Shown in pieces: positions 9,987 through 18,962 of a stretch of 64,000 bases of DNA. The notes beneath the pieces were generated by a model. It saw nothing but the letters and a program-made list of their open reading frames with translations, was not told where the DNA came from and did no database searches. The first letter of the stretch is position 1. Every line of letters begins with the position of its first letter. Source of the stretch: Candidatus Bathyarchaeia archaeon (GTDB lineage: Archaea; Thermoproteota; Bathyarchaeia; Bathyarchaeales; Bathycorpusculaceae). Position numbers and translations under genes: made by a program. Location: contig JBEKHN010000002.1 in the NCBI GenBank assembly GCA_050012255.1, positions 96,001-160,000 of the forward strand. Direction: 5' to 3'.

Positions 9987-11383
9987 CCTTGACCCACCAC
10001 TGCTTCAGCTCGGATGTAAACGCCACCGTCTCCGACCGGTACCATATCTTCGTAACCTTTGCCGCAGGTTCCCTGCTCCATGTGAAACTGGTCCTTCTTT
10101 CCTACGGCGTCTATTGACGCGATGAAATCAGGAACGTTTTCAGTCAGCGTAAGCATCGAAAGAACGTTGCCCACTCTTCCTTTTTCTATCACGTAACCCT
10201 TTTTGGACTTCAGCTCCATTCCGCCTGCAAGCGGGTCCTCCATTCCTGAAAAAGAGTGCGCGAACATAACGCCGTAGTCGATCTCTTCTACCAATTCGTC
10301 AAAGCTGTAGTCGCCTGGCTCAACGTACGTGTTAGTCATGCGAACAAAGAGCTTGCGGAGAAAGTTTTCTCTTCTTCCGTTCCCCGTTGGCTCAGCGTTC
10401 ATCAACGATGCTGAGTATCTCTCGTGCAGAAAACCCTTGAGAATGCCGCTCTTCAAGATGTAGTTCTTATTGCTTCTTACTCCTTCATCGTCAAAAAGGA
10501 AGGAACCATTTCCGCCCGGAAGCGTTCCATCGTCACAGATGTTGAGTTTCTCGAATCCGATGCGCTTGCCAAAATACGGCACGAGATACGACCTTTTCCT
10601 CACTATTTGATCAGCTTCACAACCATGCCCAAAGGATTCGTGCGCAAACGTCCCCGTCATCCCTGGGTCAAGAATCACCTTGAAATGTCCTGAGGGCGGA
10701 GCAGACGCTTTCAAGAGGCTGATTGAACTGTCCACAGTTTCCTTCACAGACTTTTCTTCCAAGTCCTTCACAATTTCAAACCCTGCAGTCCCTCCACAGG
10801 ACAGATAATCATAATCCATCTTGCCCGATTCTCTGACGATCGGTACGATTTGAAGAGATATCCGCGGAACTACCTGCCGCAGCACACTGCCCTCAGTGTT
10901 TGCAAAAACCCTTTCCAACACGGTGTCCGAGTAGAAGACTCTTGCATTGACGACCCTCTTGTCGTGGCTCACGACTTCATTGTGAAGCCTTCGAACGTGC
11001 TTGAGCTTCTCTTCAACATCCACTTCAGAAGGGCTGATCTTTACGTTCAACTCTTCATCCAGTTCCCAAGGCTTGAGTTCCTGCAGTTTGACAGAATTCC
11101 TAGACAGTGGTTCAAACCGGGCAAGTTTCCTCGCCATTTCCACCACTCGTGCAGCTGAAAGATCATAAGTGCTTGTCTCTCTCCATTGTCCCAGTTTGTA
11201 AGCTCTGAGGACAATGCCCTGAAAAGCTGCAGGCGTCGAAACGCGTTCCTCAGCATTATCTTTAGCTACTGAGACACCTCCAGCTCTTTCGCAGAGTACA
11301 TCCGCGTATTCAACACCTTTTTCCATTGCTTCAACTGCTTTGATTGACAGTTCCTTTGCCTGGTCAGCAGAGATCTCATCCAC
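9983..11383 (-). CDS. tldD: TldD family metalloprotease
   Basis: HESFGHGCEAD zinc motif, FDDEG, TGNGRR, RMTNTY, CGKG. Confidence 0.9.
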   Translation of the reverse strand: MDEISADQAKELSIKAVEAMEKGVEYADVLCERAGGVSVAKDNAEERVSTPAAFQGIVLRAYKLGQWRETSTYDLSAARVVEMARKLARFEPLSRNSVKLQELKPWELDEELNVKISPSEVDVEEKLKHVRRLHNEVVSHDKRVVNARVFYSDTVLERVFANTEGSVLRQVVPRISLQIVPIVRESGKMDYDYLSCGGTAGFEIVKDLEEKSVKETVDSSISLLKASAPPSGHFKVILDPGMTGTFAHESFGHGCEADQIVRKRSYLVPYFGKRIGFEKLNICDDGTLPGGNGSFLFDDEGVRSNKNYILKSGILKGFLHERYSASLMNAEPTGNGRRENFLRKLFVRMTNTYVEPGDYSFDELVEEIDYGVMFAHSFSGMEDPLAGGMELKSKKGYVIEKGRVGNVLSMLTLTENVPDFIASIDAVGKKDQFHMEQGTCGKGYEDMVPVGDGGVYIRAEAVVGQG

Positions 11384-11550
11384 GGTAAAGCCTCCTCGAA
11401 ACTATGCACAGTCGTGAATTTAAAGAAATACGCGGTATCACAAGGATGTCCTGAGGCACTCTAACCTCTCCTCCCTTCTCGCCCCACGTTATTAGCTGCT
11501 GATACAAAATGTTCAGCTATTAAACTTTAATTACCTCTGACACGGCTATA

Positions 11551-12477
11551 TTGACCTCTCTTGGAAGCCTCAGGCGTATGAGCGCTCTTATCAGCAGATA
11601 CTTGACGCCGTTAACCATAGTTCTAAGCATAGCACTGGGCTTCTCTCTTCCTCAGGTCGGAGTGATTTGGAAACCGTACCTGTCTCTTTTGCTGATGCTC
11701 TTGATGTTCTTCGTCGCGTTAAGCATAGAACCGAACGAAATCGCACGAGCAACGAGGAATTATCCAGTCATAATCATGGGCTTGTTCACAGCGTTTGTCC
11801 TGGTGCCTGCGCTGGCGCTTTCCGCAAAACCCTTTTTCTCATCCATCGTTTACGCTGGGATCATCCTCGCACTCTGCTGCCCATCTGCGATCGTCTCTGC
11901 TTTCTGGGCCAAGGCTTTCAAAGGAGACGTCGCCACCGCCCTAGTCATGAGCATAACCACAAACCTGCTTTCCATAATCACAGTACCTGCAACAATGCTG
12001 ATTGCTATCGGCACAGTCCTCAATGTTGACATTGCAAGCATGATGTTGAATCTGGCAGAGATAATCTTGGTTCCGTTGGCCGCCTCCTTCTTAGTGAGGA
12101 GATTTGTCCACCTTGACTGGAACAGAGCCAGCCTTTTCAGTTCTAAAGCTGAACTGTGCATACTCGCCCTTTTGGTTTGGGGGTCCATCGCGCCAGGAGT
12201 TGAATACGTCAGAAACGACATTGCAGAATTTGTATTACTGAACGCTTTCATACTTGGAATACTCGCATTTGCGTTCACGTTAACCCATTTTCTTACTAGG
12301 GGATTCGGACACAGAAAAGCAGTATCACTTGAGATTGCGACAACAGTGAAAAACGCAGCCCTCTCCCTGGTTGTAGGCCTCGCGGCATTTGGCCCGCAGG
12401 TACTCCCACCACTAATTGCAAACCTTATCGCACAAAACCTGCTTCTCATCCCAGCAAAGGCATTGACAAAAGAATGA
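11551..12477 (+). CDS. Bile acid:sodium symporter (BASS) family transporter
   Basis: About 9 TM helices; CPSAIVS..W....KGD; EIATTVKNAAL. Confidence 0.8.
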   Translation: MTSLGSLRRMSALISRYLTPLTIVLSIALGFSLPQVGVIWKPYLSLLLMLLMFFVALSIEPNEIARATRNYPVIIMGLFTAFVLVPALALSAKPFFSSIVYAGIILALCCPSAIVSAFWAKAFKGDVATALVMSITTNLLSIITVPATMLIAIGTVLNVDIASMMLNLAEIILVPLAASFLVRRFVHLDWNRASLFSSKAELCILALLVWGSIAPGVEYVRNDIAEFVLLNAFILGILAFAFTLTHFLTRGFGHRKAVSLEIATTVKNAALSLVVGLAAFGPQVLPPLIANLIAQNLLLIPAKALTKE

Positions 12478-12850
12478 CCAAGAACGCGCCACGCTGACTC
12501 CTGCACTGGCCAGAGACGAAAAGGAGATTGCGGGAGCAGTATCCCGATTGAGCGCGCGCGCAGGGTTTTTCATTTGGAAATCACGGTTTGGAGGCTGTCT
12601 ACTCTTTTTTGATACAACTTCATACCTCATACTGGCAATAATAGTTTTCAACGTGTCGACCTTGATATTTTTCTTTGGCAGACCTGGAAAGGCTTCTAGC
12701 TGGGTTGGCGCGCGCTTGCAGTCGGTCATGTGATGACTGATTTCCGACTTCCAGAGCGCGCGCGTTTATCCTTGTGTCTCTTGAAGCGCGCGTCGAGTAC
12801 CACAAGGTATAAATCAACCGGTCGCTCGTTCGGTTGGAAGATGATCAAGT

Positions 12851-13120
12851 TTGCCAAGACTTCTCGCCTTCATAGACATCTTCGTAGAATCAGCAGAAAT
12901 GGACAATGTAGTGGCAGCTCTTTCCAAGCTTGAAAATCTCGAAGAACTTTTCGAAGTAACGGGCGAGTTTGACATTGTGACCCTGTTTTCAGCGTCTGAC
13001 ATTGAGGAGTTCAGGGACATTCTCAAGAACAGGGTGATGAAGATCAAGGGTGTTAAGAGCACGGTGAGCTCCATCATTCTTAAGACACACAAAGGACCTC
13101 GCGCCCGCTCACGCCAGTAG
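12851..13120 (+). CDS. Stand-alone Lrp/AsnC ligand-binding (RAM) domain protein, copy 1
   Basis: AFIDI.V...EVTGEFDIV...IKGVKSTVSSI; no HTH domain. Confidence 0.85.
   Translation: MPRLLAFIDIFVESAEMDNVVAALSKLENLEELFEVTGEFDIVTLFSASDIEEFRDILKNRVMKIKGVKSTVSSIILKTHKGPRARSRQ
12875..13062 (+). repeat. 188-bp perfect direct repeat, copy 1 (copy 2 at 17665-17852)
   Basis: Base-by-base identity from GACATCTTCGTAG to GTTAAGAGCAC; offset 4790 bp. Confidence 0.92.
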
Positions 13121-13175
13121 GCAGGACTGGGGCTAAAGTATTTGGTGGAGGGGCAAGCCATAACCGAAAGAGGTT

Positions 13176-14840
13176 TTGAAAAAGTTGATCGATGCCATTC
13201 AAGTCCTGTGCGTTGTTCTCGTTCTCGGTGTCACAATAGTCATAGCGCGGCTCCTCGCTTCGTACATTACCAGAGTCTTCACTCGTAGACCAACTCGCCT
13301 CGATAAGATTCTGAATCCGATCGAAAACTGGATCTTCAGAATAGGAGGTGTGGACCCCAACCATTCGATGGGCTGGAAGGAATATTTCGTTGCTGCGCTC
13401 CTGCTCAACGTCGCCCAGATGATCTTGGCGTTTCTGATATTGATATTCCAAGGCAAGTTACCTCTGAATCCGCAGGGATTCCCAGGCATGTCATTGGATC
13501 TTGCCTTCCAAACCGTGGTATCTTTCGGAACAAACACCAACCTGCAGCACTACAGCGGGGAACAAACACTTTCGATTCTCAGCCAGATGACGGCAATCCA
13601 GTTTCTCCAGTTTACGTCCGCTGCCACAGGAGTCTGCGTCGCGATAGCCATGGTACGCGGTTTCACAGATAGCTCAAAAGACCTGGGGAACTTCTACGTT
13701 GATTTTGTGAAAGCACTGACAAGGTTGCTCCTACCTCTGTGCTTGATAGCTTCAATAGCACTGGTCGCGCTTGGCGTGCCCCAGACCCTTACTGGATACA
13801 CAACGGTGCAGACCGTTGAAGGAGCGACACAATCGATCCTTATCGGACCCGTGGCCTCACTCGCATCAATAATGCAGATCGGAACAAACGGTGGAGGATA
13901 CTACGGAGCCAATTCCGCCTATCCCTTCCAAAACCCCAGCCCCTTCTCGAATATCTTCGAGATGTTCCTGATGCTGCTTCTCCCGACAGCCTTGATCTTC
14001 GTCTTCGGCCAGTTACTGGGAAAGCGCAGGGAGGCGAGACCCATACTCATCGGGGCGTACGCGTTGTTCGCGATAGACCTCCTAATCGCATTTATTCCAA
14101 CAACGCCTCTGGGGCCCGGCATCGAAGTTAGAATCGGAGGTTTCTTCTCAAGCTTCTGGACCGTCGTCACGACCGCTGTGACCACTGGCTCACTGAACGC
14201 TTCACTCTCCGCCATGCATCCGCTAACCATAACCTCCGGTTTCATGGGGATGCTGATTCAATCGACCCCAGGAGGAAAGGGTGTAGGTTTGATGTACATG
14301 ATCATGTACATCGTGATCACCGTTTTCATAGTTGGACTCATGTCCGGAAGGACTCCTGAATATCTGGGAATAAAGATAACCGCAAGGGACGTGAAGCTTG
14401 TCATGGTCGCGTTTCTAGTTCATCCCATAACAATACTGATTCCCACTGTACTCGCATATGCAACGGGGGCAGCTGGTGCAATCGGTGTCAGCGGCAACTC
14501 GATTGGCTTCACCAAGATACTGTGGGAATTCACAAGCAGCGCCGCGAACAACGGGGCAGACTTTCTCGGCGCATCCGCCAACACACCCTTCTTTAACATC
14601 GCGACGGCCATCGTGATGTTCGTTGGACGGTACGCTCCAATAGCGCTTCTACTGGCTCTAGCGGGGTCTATGATTGGAAGGAGACGCGGCGGTGAAGTGG
14701 GCCTCAAGACGGACAGCATCACGTTCTCCATCGTGCTTGTCGCAAGCATTCTGCTGCTTGTCGTGCTCACATTCCTTCCGTTCCTTGCATTAGGCCCAAT
14801 ACTATCGTACTTCAAAGGACTCGTGAATGGATTTGGCTAG
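13176..14840 (+). CDS. kdpA: Potassium-transporting ATPase subunit A
   Basis: FGTNTNLQHYSGE, IGTNGGGYYGANSAYPFQNP, GRTPEYLG, SAANNG, LTFLPFLALGPI. Confidence 0.95.
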   Translation: MKKLIDAIQVLCVVLVLGVTIVIARLLASYITRVFTRRPTRLDKILNPIENWIFRIGGVDPNHSMGWKEYFVAALLLNVAQMILAFLILIFQGKLPLNPQGFPGMSLDLAFQTVVSFGTNTNLQHYSGEQTLSILSQMTAIQFLQFTSAATGVCVAIAMVRGFTDSSKDLGNFYVDFVKALTRLLLPLCLIASIALVALGVPQTLTGYTTVQTVEGATQSILIGPVASLASIMQIGTNGGGYYGANSAYPFQNPSPFSNIFEMFLMLLLPTALIFVFGQLLGKRREARPILIGAYALFAIDLLIAFIPTTPLGPGIEVRIGGFFSSFWTVVTTAVTTGSLNASLSAMHPLTITSGFMGMLIQSTPGGKGVGLMYMIMYIVITVFIVGLMSGRTPEYLGIKITARDVKLVMVAFLVHPITILIPTVLAYATGAAGAIGVSGNSIGFTKILWEFTSSAANNGADFLGASANTPFFNIATAIVMFVGRYAPIALLLALAGSMIGRRRGGEVGLKTDSITFSIVLVASILLLVVLTFLPFLALGPILSYFKGLVNGFG

Positions 14841-17007
14841 AGAAACTGATCGACTGACCGCTAAAGTGCCTATTGTTGAGCGACGAGCATCTCTCTTTTC
14901 TGGAAAGGTGCTCTTAGACTCCGTTGTGAGACTTAACCCGCAGTCACTTCTTTCAAACCCAGTCATGTTTCTCGTAGAGGTAACCTTCTTCATCGTTGCG
15001 GCGATGGCAGTATACCCGCAAGGTTTCGTGCCAGTAGCAAGCCCAAGCGAGAGAATTTTCTACGTCCAAGTCTCGATTATCCTCATCGTCACGGTTTGGT
15101 TCAGCACTCTGTCTGATGCACTTGCTGAGAGGCAGGCGAAGAACACGGCGAGCAGCCTGCGAAAGCTCGAGACGGAGGCTCCGAGCAAGAAGATCGTGAC
15201 CGAAGGATGGACTAGGAAAGTCGTCCCCACCTCATCAAAGGAGCTGCGCAGGGGCGACCTGCTTTCTCTGGAGAAGAATGACATTATCCCCACAGATGCT
15301 GAAGTGCTTGAAGGCATCGCCATGGTCGATGAATCTCTCCTCACGGGAGAATCCACGCCCGTTCGCAAGGCACCGGGTGACGCGCTGATAGGAGGTTCAA
15401 GGGTCATCAGCGACAACCTGACCGCAAAAGTCACCGTAAACCCTGAGGAGAGCTACATCAACCAGATGATAATGATGGTGGAGTCATCCAAGAGACCGAA
15501 GACGGCAAACGAGCAAGCAGTAACCATGGTCCTCATCGGACTCACGGCCATATTCAGCATAATCATTCTATCACTTCTCGGACTTTCCGTAACTCTCAGT
15601 CTCGGAGGCGACCTTTCCGTGCTCATCGCACTCTACGTCTGTCTTCTTCCAACCACTATAGGGGCCCTTCTGCCCGCGATCGGACTCTCAGGAATATCCA
15701 GGTTGTACGGAAGAAAGATCGTTGCAAAGTCCGGCAAAGCGGTAGAAACGGCGGGGGACGTAGACGTGATTATCATGGACAAAACGGGCACGATCACGGT
15801 TGGTAACAGGCAGGCGATACAGATCATACCCCTTGAAGGGCACACGGAGAGAGAAGTAGGCGAGGCCGCATTTCTCTCCTCTTGGCACGATGACACTCCC
15901 GAGGGCCGCAGCATAATCAGGCTAGCCCACGAAAAGGGTTTCATACCGGGAGAGCTTAACGCTCTTGCCCTCTCGGAAGTGTACGAGTTCTCCGCCAGCA
16001 CCCGCACCAGCGGTGTGAAGATAACGCAGAACGTGCGCTTCATACTGCCAAAAGGCGGCAAGTCAGGCCGGTTGCGGGGAAGGTTCAGGCGGAAATCTGC
16101 CGAGGAAGTCTTGGCAGAGGGGACCCATCTGACGTCGGAGTCTGAGATTGTGGTGATGAAGGGTGCTCCCAACTCTATCTTGAAGATGATTCAATCAATT
16201 CCCCCCGGCTTCGAAAGCACCGTGGAGAGCATCTCGTCGGCAGGTGACACTCCGATCGCTATGGAACGGAACGGAGAGGCGATCGGGATGATCAGGTTGA
16301 AAGACGTTCTGAAGCCCGACATCAAAGAGAAGGTACATTCCATCAAGCTGATGGGGATAAGACCTGTAATGATAACCGGAGACCAGCCCTTGACTGCGAA
16401 AAGCATCGCCGCCGAAGTGGGCATCGAAGAGTACGTGCCCCAAGCCAAACCTGAAGACAAGTACGACATTGTCCTGAGAGAGCAGGCTCATACAAGAACC
16501 GTCGCGATGATAGGGGACGGCACAAACGATGCCCCAGCACTGGCAAAGGCGGACGTTGGACTCGCAATGAACTCGGGCACTCAGCCTGCGAAGGAGGCGG
16601 CAAACATGATTGACCTTGAGTCGAATCCCGCGAAGATAATCGATGTCGTCATGCTCGGCAAGCAGCTTCTCATGACTCGCGGAGCCGTGACGGCGTTCAG
16701 CATAGCAAACGACGTGTCCAAGTACTTCGCGATAGTGCCCGTCATGTTCGCGACGATTGAGGCGCTGAAGAACCTGAACGTGCTTCAACTTTCAACAGTA
16801 CACAGCGCGGTTCTTTCAGCGCTGATATTCAACGCCATTATCATTCCACTCCTGATTCCTCTGGCGATGAGAGGAGTGGCGTTCAAGCCCTCAAGCACTA
16901 TGACGCTCTTCTTGAAGAACACGTTGATTTACGGAGTGGGAGGCGTCATAGTCCCGTTCGTGGGAATCAAGCTGATAGACATCTTGCTTTCAGTCTTTCA
17001 CGTATAG
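14827..17007 (+). CDS. kdpB: Potassium-transporting ATPase subunit B
   Basis: NPVMF, TGES, CLLPTTIG, DKTGTIT, KGA, GDGTNDAPAL, FSIANDV.KYF. Confidence 0.96.
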   Translation: MDLARETDRLTAKVPIVERRASLFSGKVLLDSVVRLNPQSLLSNPVMFLVEVTFFIVAAMAVYPQGFVPVASPSERIFYVQVSIILIVTVWFSTLSDALAERQAKNTASSLRKLETEAPSKKIVTEGWTRKVVPTSSKELRRGDLLSLEKNDIIPTDAEVLEGIAMVDESLLTGESTPVRKAPGDALIGGSRVISDNLTAKVTVNPEESYINQMIMMVESSKRPKTANEQAVTMVLIGLTAIFSIIILSLLGLSVTLSLGGDLSVLIALYVCLLPTTIGALLPAIGLSGISRLYGRKIVAKSGKAVETAGDVDVIIMDKTGTITVGNRQAIQIIPLEGHTEREVGEAAFLSSWHDDTPEGRSIIRLAHEKGFIPGELNALALSEVYEFSASTRTSGVKITQNVRFILPKGGKSGRLRGRFRRKSAEEVLAEGTHLTSESEIVVMKGAPNSILKMIQSIPPGFESTVESISSAGDTPIAMERNGEAIGMIRLKDVLKPDIKEKVHSIKLMGIRPVMITGDQPLTAKSIAAEVGIEEYVPQAKPEDKYDIVLREQAHTRTVAMIGDGTNDAPALAKADVGLAMNSGTQPAKEAANMIDLESNPAKIIDVVMLGKQLLMTRGAVTAFSIANDVSKYFAIVPVMFATIEALKNLNVLQLSTVHSAVLSALIFNAIIIPLLIPLAMRGVAFKPSSTMTLFLKNTLIYGVGGVIVPFVGIKLIDILLSVFHV

Positions 17008-17008
17008 G

Positions 17009-17485
17009 ATGGAGACGATCTTGACAACAAAGACTAAGGAAAAATGGAGCTACAGACCGTTAGTGACACTAGCACTACTCTCATTCCTAATTTGCGGACT
17101 GTTCTTCCCGCTTCTCATCACCGGGCTGGCTCAGCTACTCTTTCCGTACCAGGCAAATGGCGAGATCATCAAACTCAACGGCCAGAATATTGGTTCGAAC
17201 CTGATCGCCCAGAATTTCACCAAACCTATCTATTTCCATCCTAGGGACACGCCTACGCCTGTCTCAGCTTCAGGCGTCGACCCAGACATCACGCTTGACG
17301 ACGCGTACTCTCAGATACCTAGAATACACAACGCCACGGGTATTCCGACGGATTCTCTGAGAAGCATCGTGAACCAGAACGAGGAGGGCACACTATGGAT
17401 CTTCGGCAACCCCTACGTGAACGTGCTACAAATCAATCTGGCGCTGATAAGGACATATCCTTCTATTTACAACAGCTTCCCGTGA
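17009..17485 (+). CDS. kdpC: Potassium-transporting ATPase subunit C (short form)
   Basis: FPYQANG, GSNLIAQNF...YFHPR, SASGVDPDI, VNVLQINLAL. Confidence 0.92.
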   Translation: METILTTKTKEKWSYRPLVTLALLSFLICGLFFPLLITGLAQLLFPYQANGEIIKLNGQNIGSNLIAQNFTKPIYFHPRDTPTPVSASGVDPDITLDDAYSQIPRIHNATGIPTDSLRSIVNQNEEGTLWIFGNPYVNVLQINLALIRTYPSIYNSFP

Positions 17486-17640
17486 ACTAGAAACCCACAT
17501 CCAAGCAATAGAGCTCTTTGGCAACATCTTTTTCCAACAGACGGATTTCATCTCCACCGCGCCCGTGCGTGCTACCAGTCCTGTTTACCGAAACGTTTAA
17601 AGGGACACGGCGCGTGTCCCTGTGAGAAAGATGACTATAC

Positions 17641-17904
17641 ATGTCCCGCCTACTCGCATTCGTCGACATCTTCGTAGAATCAGCAGAAATGGACAATGTA
17701 GTGGCAGCTCTTTCCAAGCTTGAAAATCTCGAAGAACTTTTCGAAGTAACGGGCGAGTTTGACATTGTGACCCTGTTTTCAGCGTCTGACATTGAGGAGT
17801 TCAGGGACATTCTCAAGAACAGGGTGATGAAGATCAAGGGTGTTAAGAGCACCGTAAGCTCCATCGTTGCCCGCGCTGGTCAAAGACGAAAAGTCTCCAC
17901 TTGA
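17641..17904 (+). CDS. Stand-alone Lrp/AsnC ligand-binding domain protein, copy 2
   Basis: Nearly identical to 12851-13120 except at the termini. Confidence 0.85.
   Translation: MSRLLAFVDIFVESAEMDNVVAALSKLENLEELFEVTGEFDIVTLFSASDIEEFRDILKNRVMKIKGVKSTVSSIVARAGQRRKVST
17665..17852 (+). repeat. 188-bp perfect direct repeat, copy 2
   Basis: Identical to 12875-13062. Confidence 0.92.
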
Positions 17905-18327
17905 GAAATCCCCTTTGATACACAACCAATTCTGACAGGACCTTAGTCGTAAGTGAAGGGGTCTGGAACGAAAAAGAAGGAACGACGTCACTATCTAGCA
18001 GCGCGCGCATCATTTCAAGAGGGACAGAATTTGGCCTCATTCGGCTGTGCCTTCTATCCTGTTTTCGCGCGCTGGTCTTTCAAAACCGCACAGAGAACAT
18101 CCTAGAAATAGCTTCCTTTTGCGTGAGACGTGGCGTAGCGTTCTAAAATGAGAAAGACCCCTGCTTGAAAACATGGCAGATTTGTAGTTAGCACGCGGTT
18201 ACATTCTGAAATGCGCGCGCCCCTTAGTTCTGGCTGTTCGGGAGATGTCCATTGGTTGTGAAAATCGTAGACCGGGCTTCTAAGATAATGATATATGAAA
18301 GCTCTGCCACACGAATAGACGATCCAT

Positions 18328-18705
18328 ATGAAGTCAAAATTCACGTATGCTGGAATAAGAGTCACAAATCTGCAAAGATCCATTGATTTTTACACGAAAG
18401 TGCTTGGCATGAAGGTCAAAGGTCGGGGCAAGATTGACCAAACCAAAGGCGAAACTGTCGGCCTCGAAAGCGAGAAGGATGGTTTCACTTTGGAACTCAA
18501 CTATTACGAAAAAGACAGCCCGTTTAACACGAAATACTTTGTGGGAGAAGGGTTAGACCATCTTGCCTTCAACGTAGACAATCTAGGGAAGGCCTTGGAG
18601 GAAGCGAAAAAAGCAGGGTACAAAACCATCCTGGAAATGAAAGCAGACGGCGGTCGATGGGCCTACATAGAAGACCCAGACGGGATCTGGATCGAACTCT
18701 TCTAG
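18328..18705 (+). CDS. VOC / glyoxalase family protein
   Basis: IRVTNLQRSIDFY..VLGM, LELNY, HLAFNV, YIEDPDGIWIELF. Confidence 0.9.
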   Translation: MKSKFTYAGIRVTNLQRSIDFYTKVLGMKVKGRGKIDQTKGETVGLESEKDGFTLELNYYEKDSPFNTKYFVGEGLDHLAFNVDNLGKALEEAKKAGYKTILEMKADGGRWAYIEDPDGIWIELF

Positions 18706-18962
18706 ACCTTTGATGCATACGAAAATCCTGACCAAAAATTCACAAGTCAAAGGGCATATGCTACACAGCTTGGAACAGGTCTATCTCCTCGTCTCACTCG
18801 GACAAGGCAACTCTTTATTTCGTTAAAGCTTTATACTCAGAGAAGCTGTCACCGAAACAGGCGGTTGGAAAGGCCAATGCCGAAGCGGGCGAAGACTCAG
18901 ATTAGTGTTCCATTCTGAAATACTGCACCCCTAGCCGTGAGGCTAGACTATGGAGATGGGTT

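Noticed and set aside
3952-11383. BtrH-like protein plus TldD/E as a RiPP or secondary-metabolite cluster
   Set aside because: No precursor peptide, YcaO or other modifying enzyme nearby; the genes are not contiguous, and TldD/E is widespread in archaea.
11850-12506. Long antisense ORFs (e.g. 11850-12506, 22930-23526, 34598-35278, 56359-56907)
   Set aside because: Shadows of well-supported genes on the opposite strand with no protein motifs.
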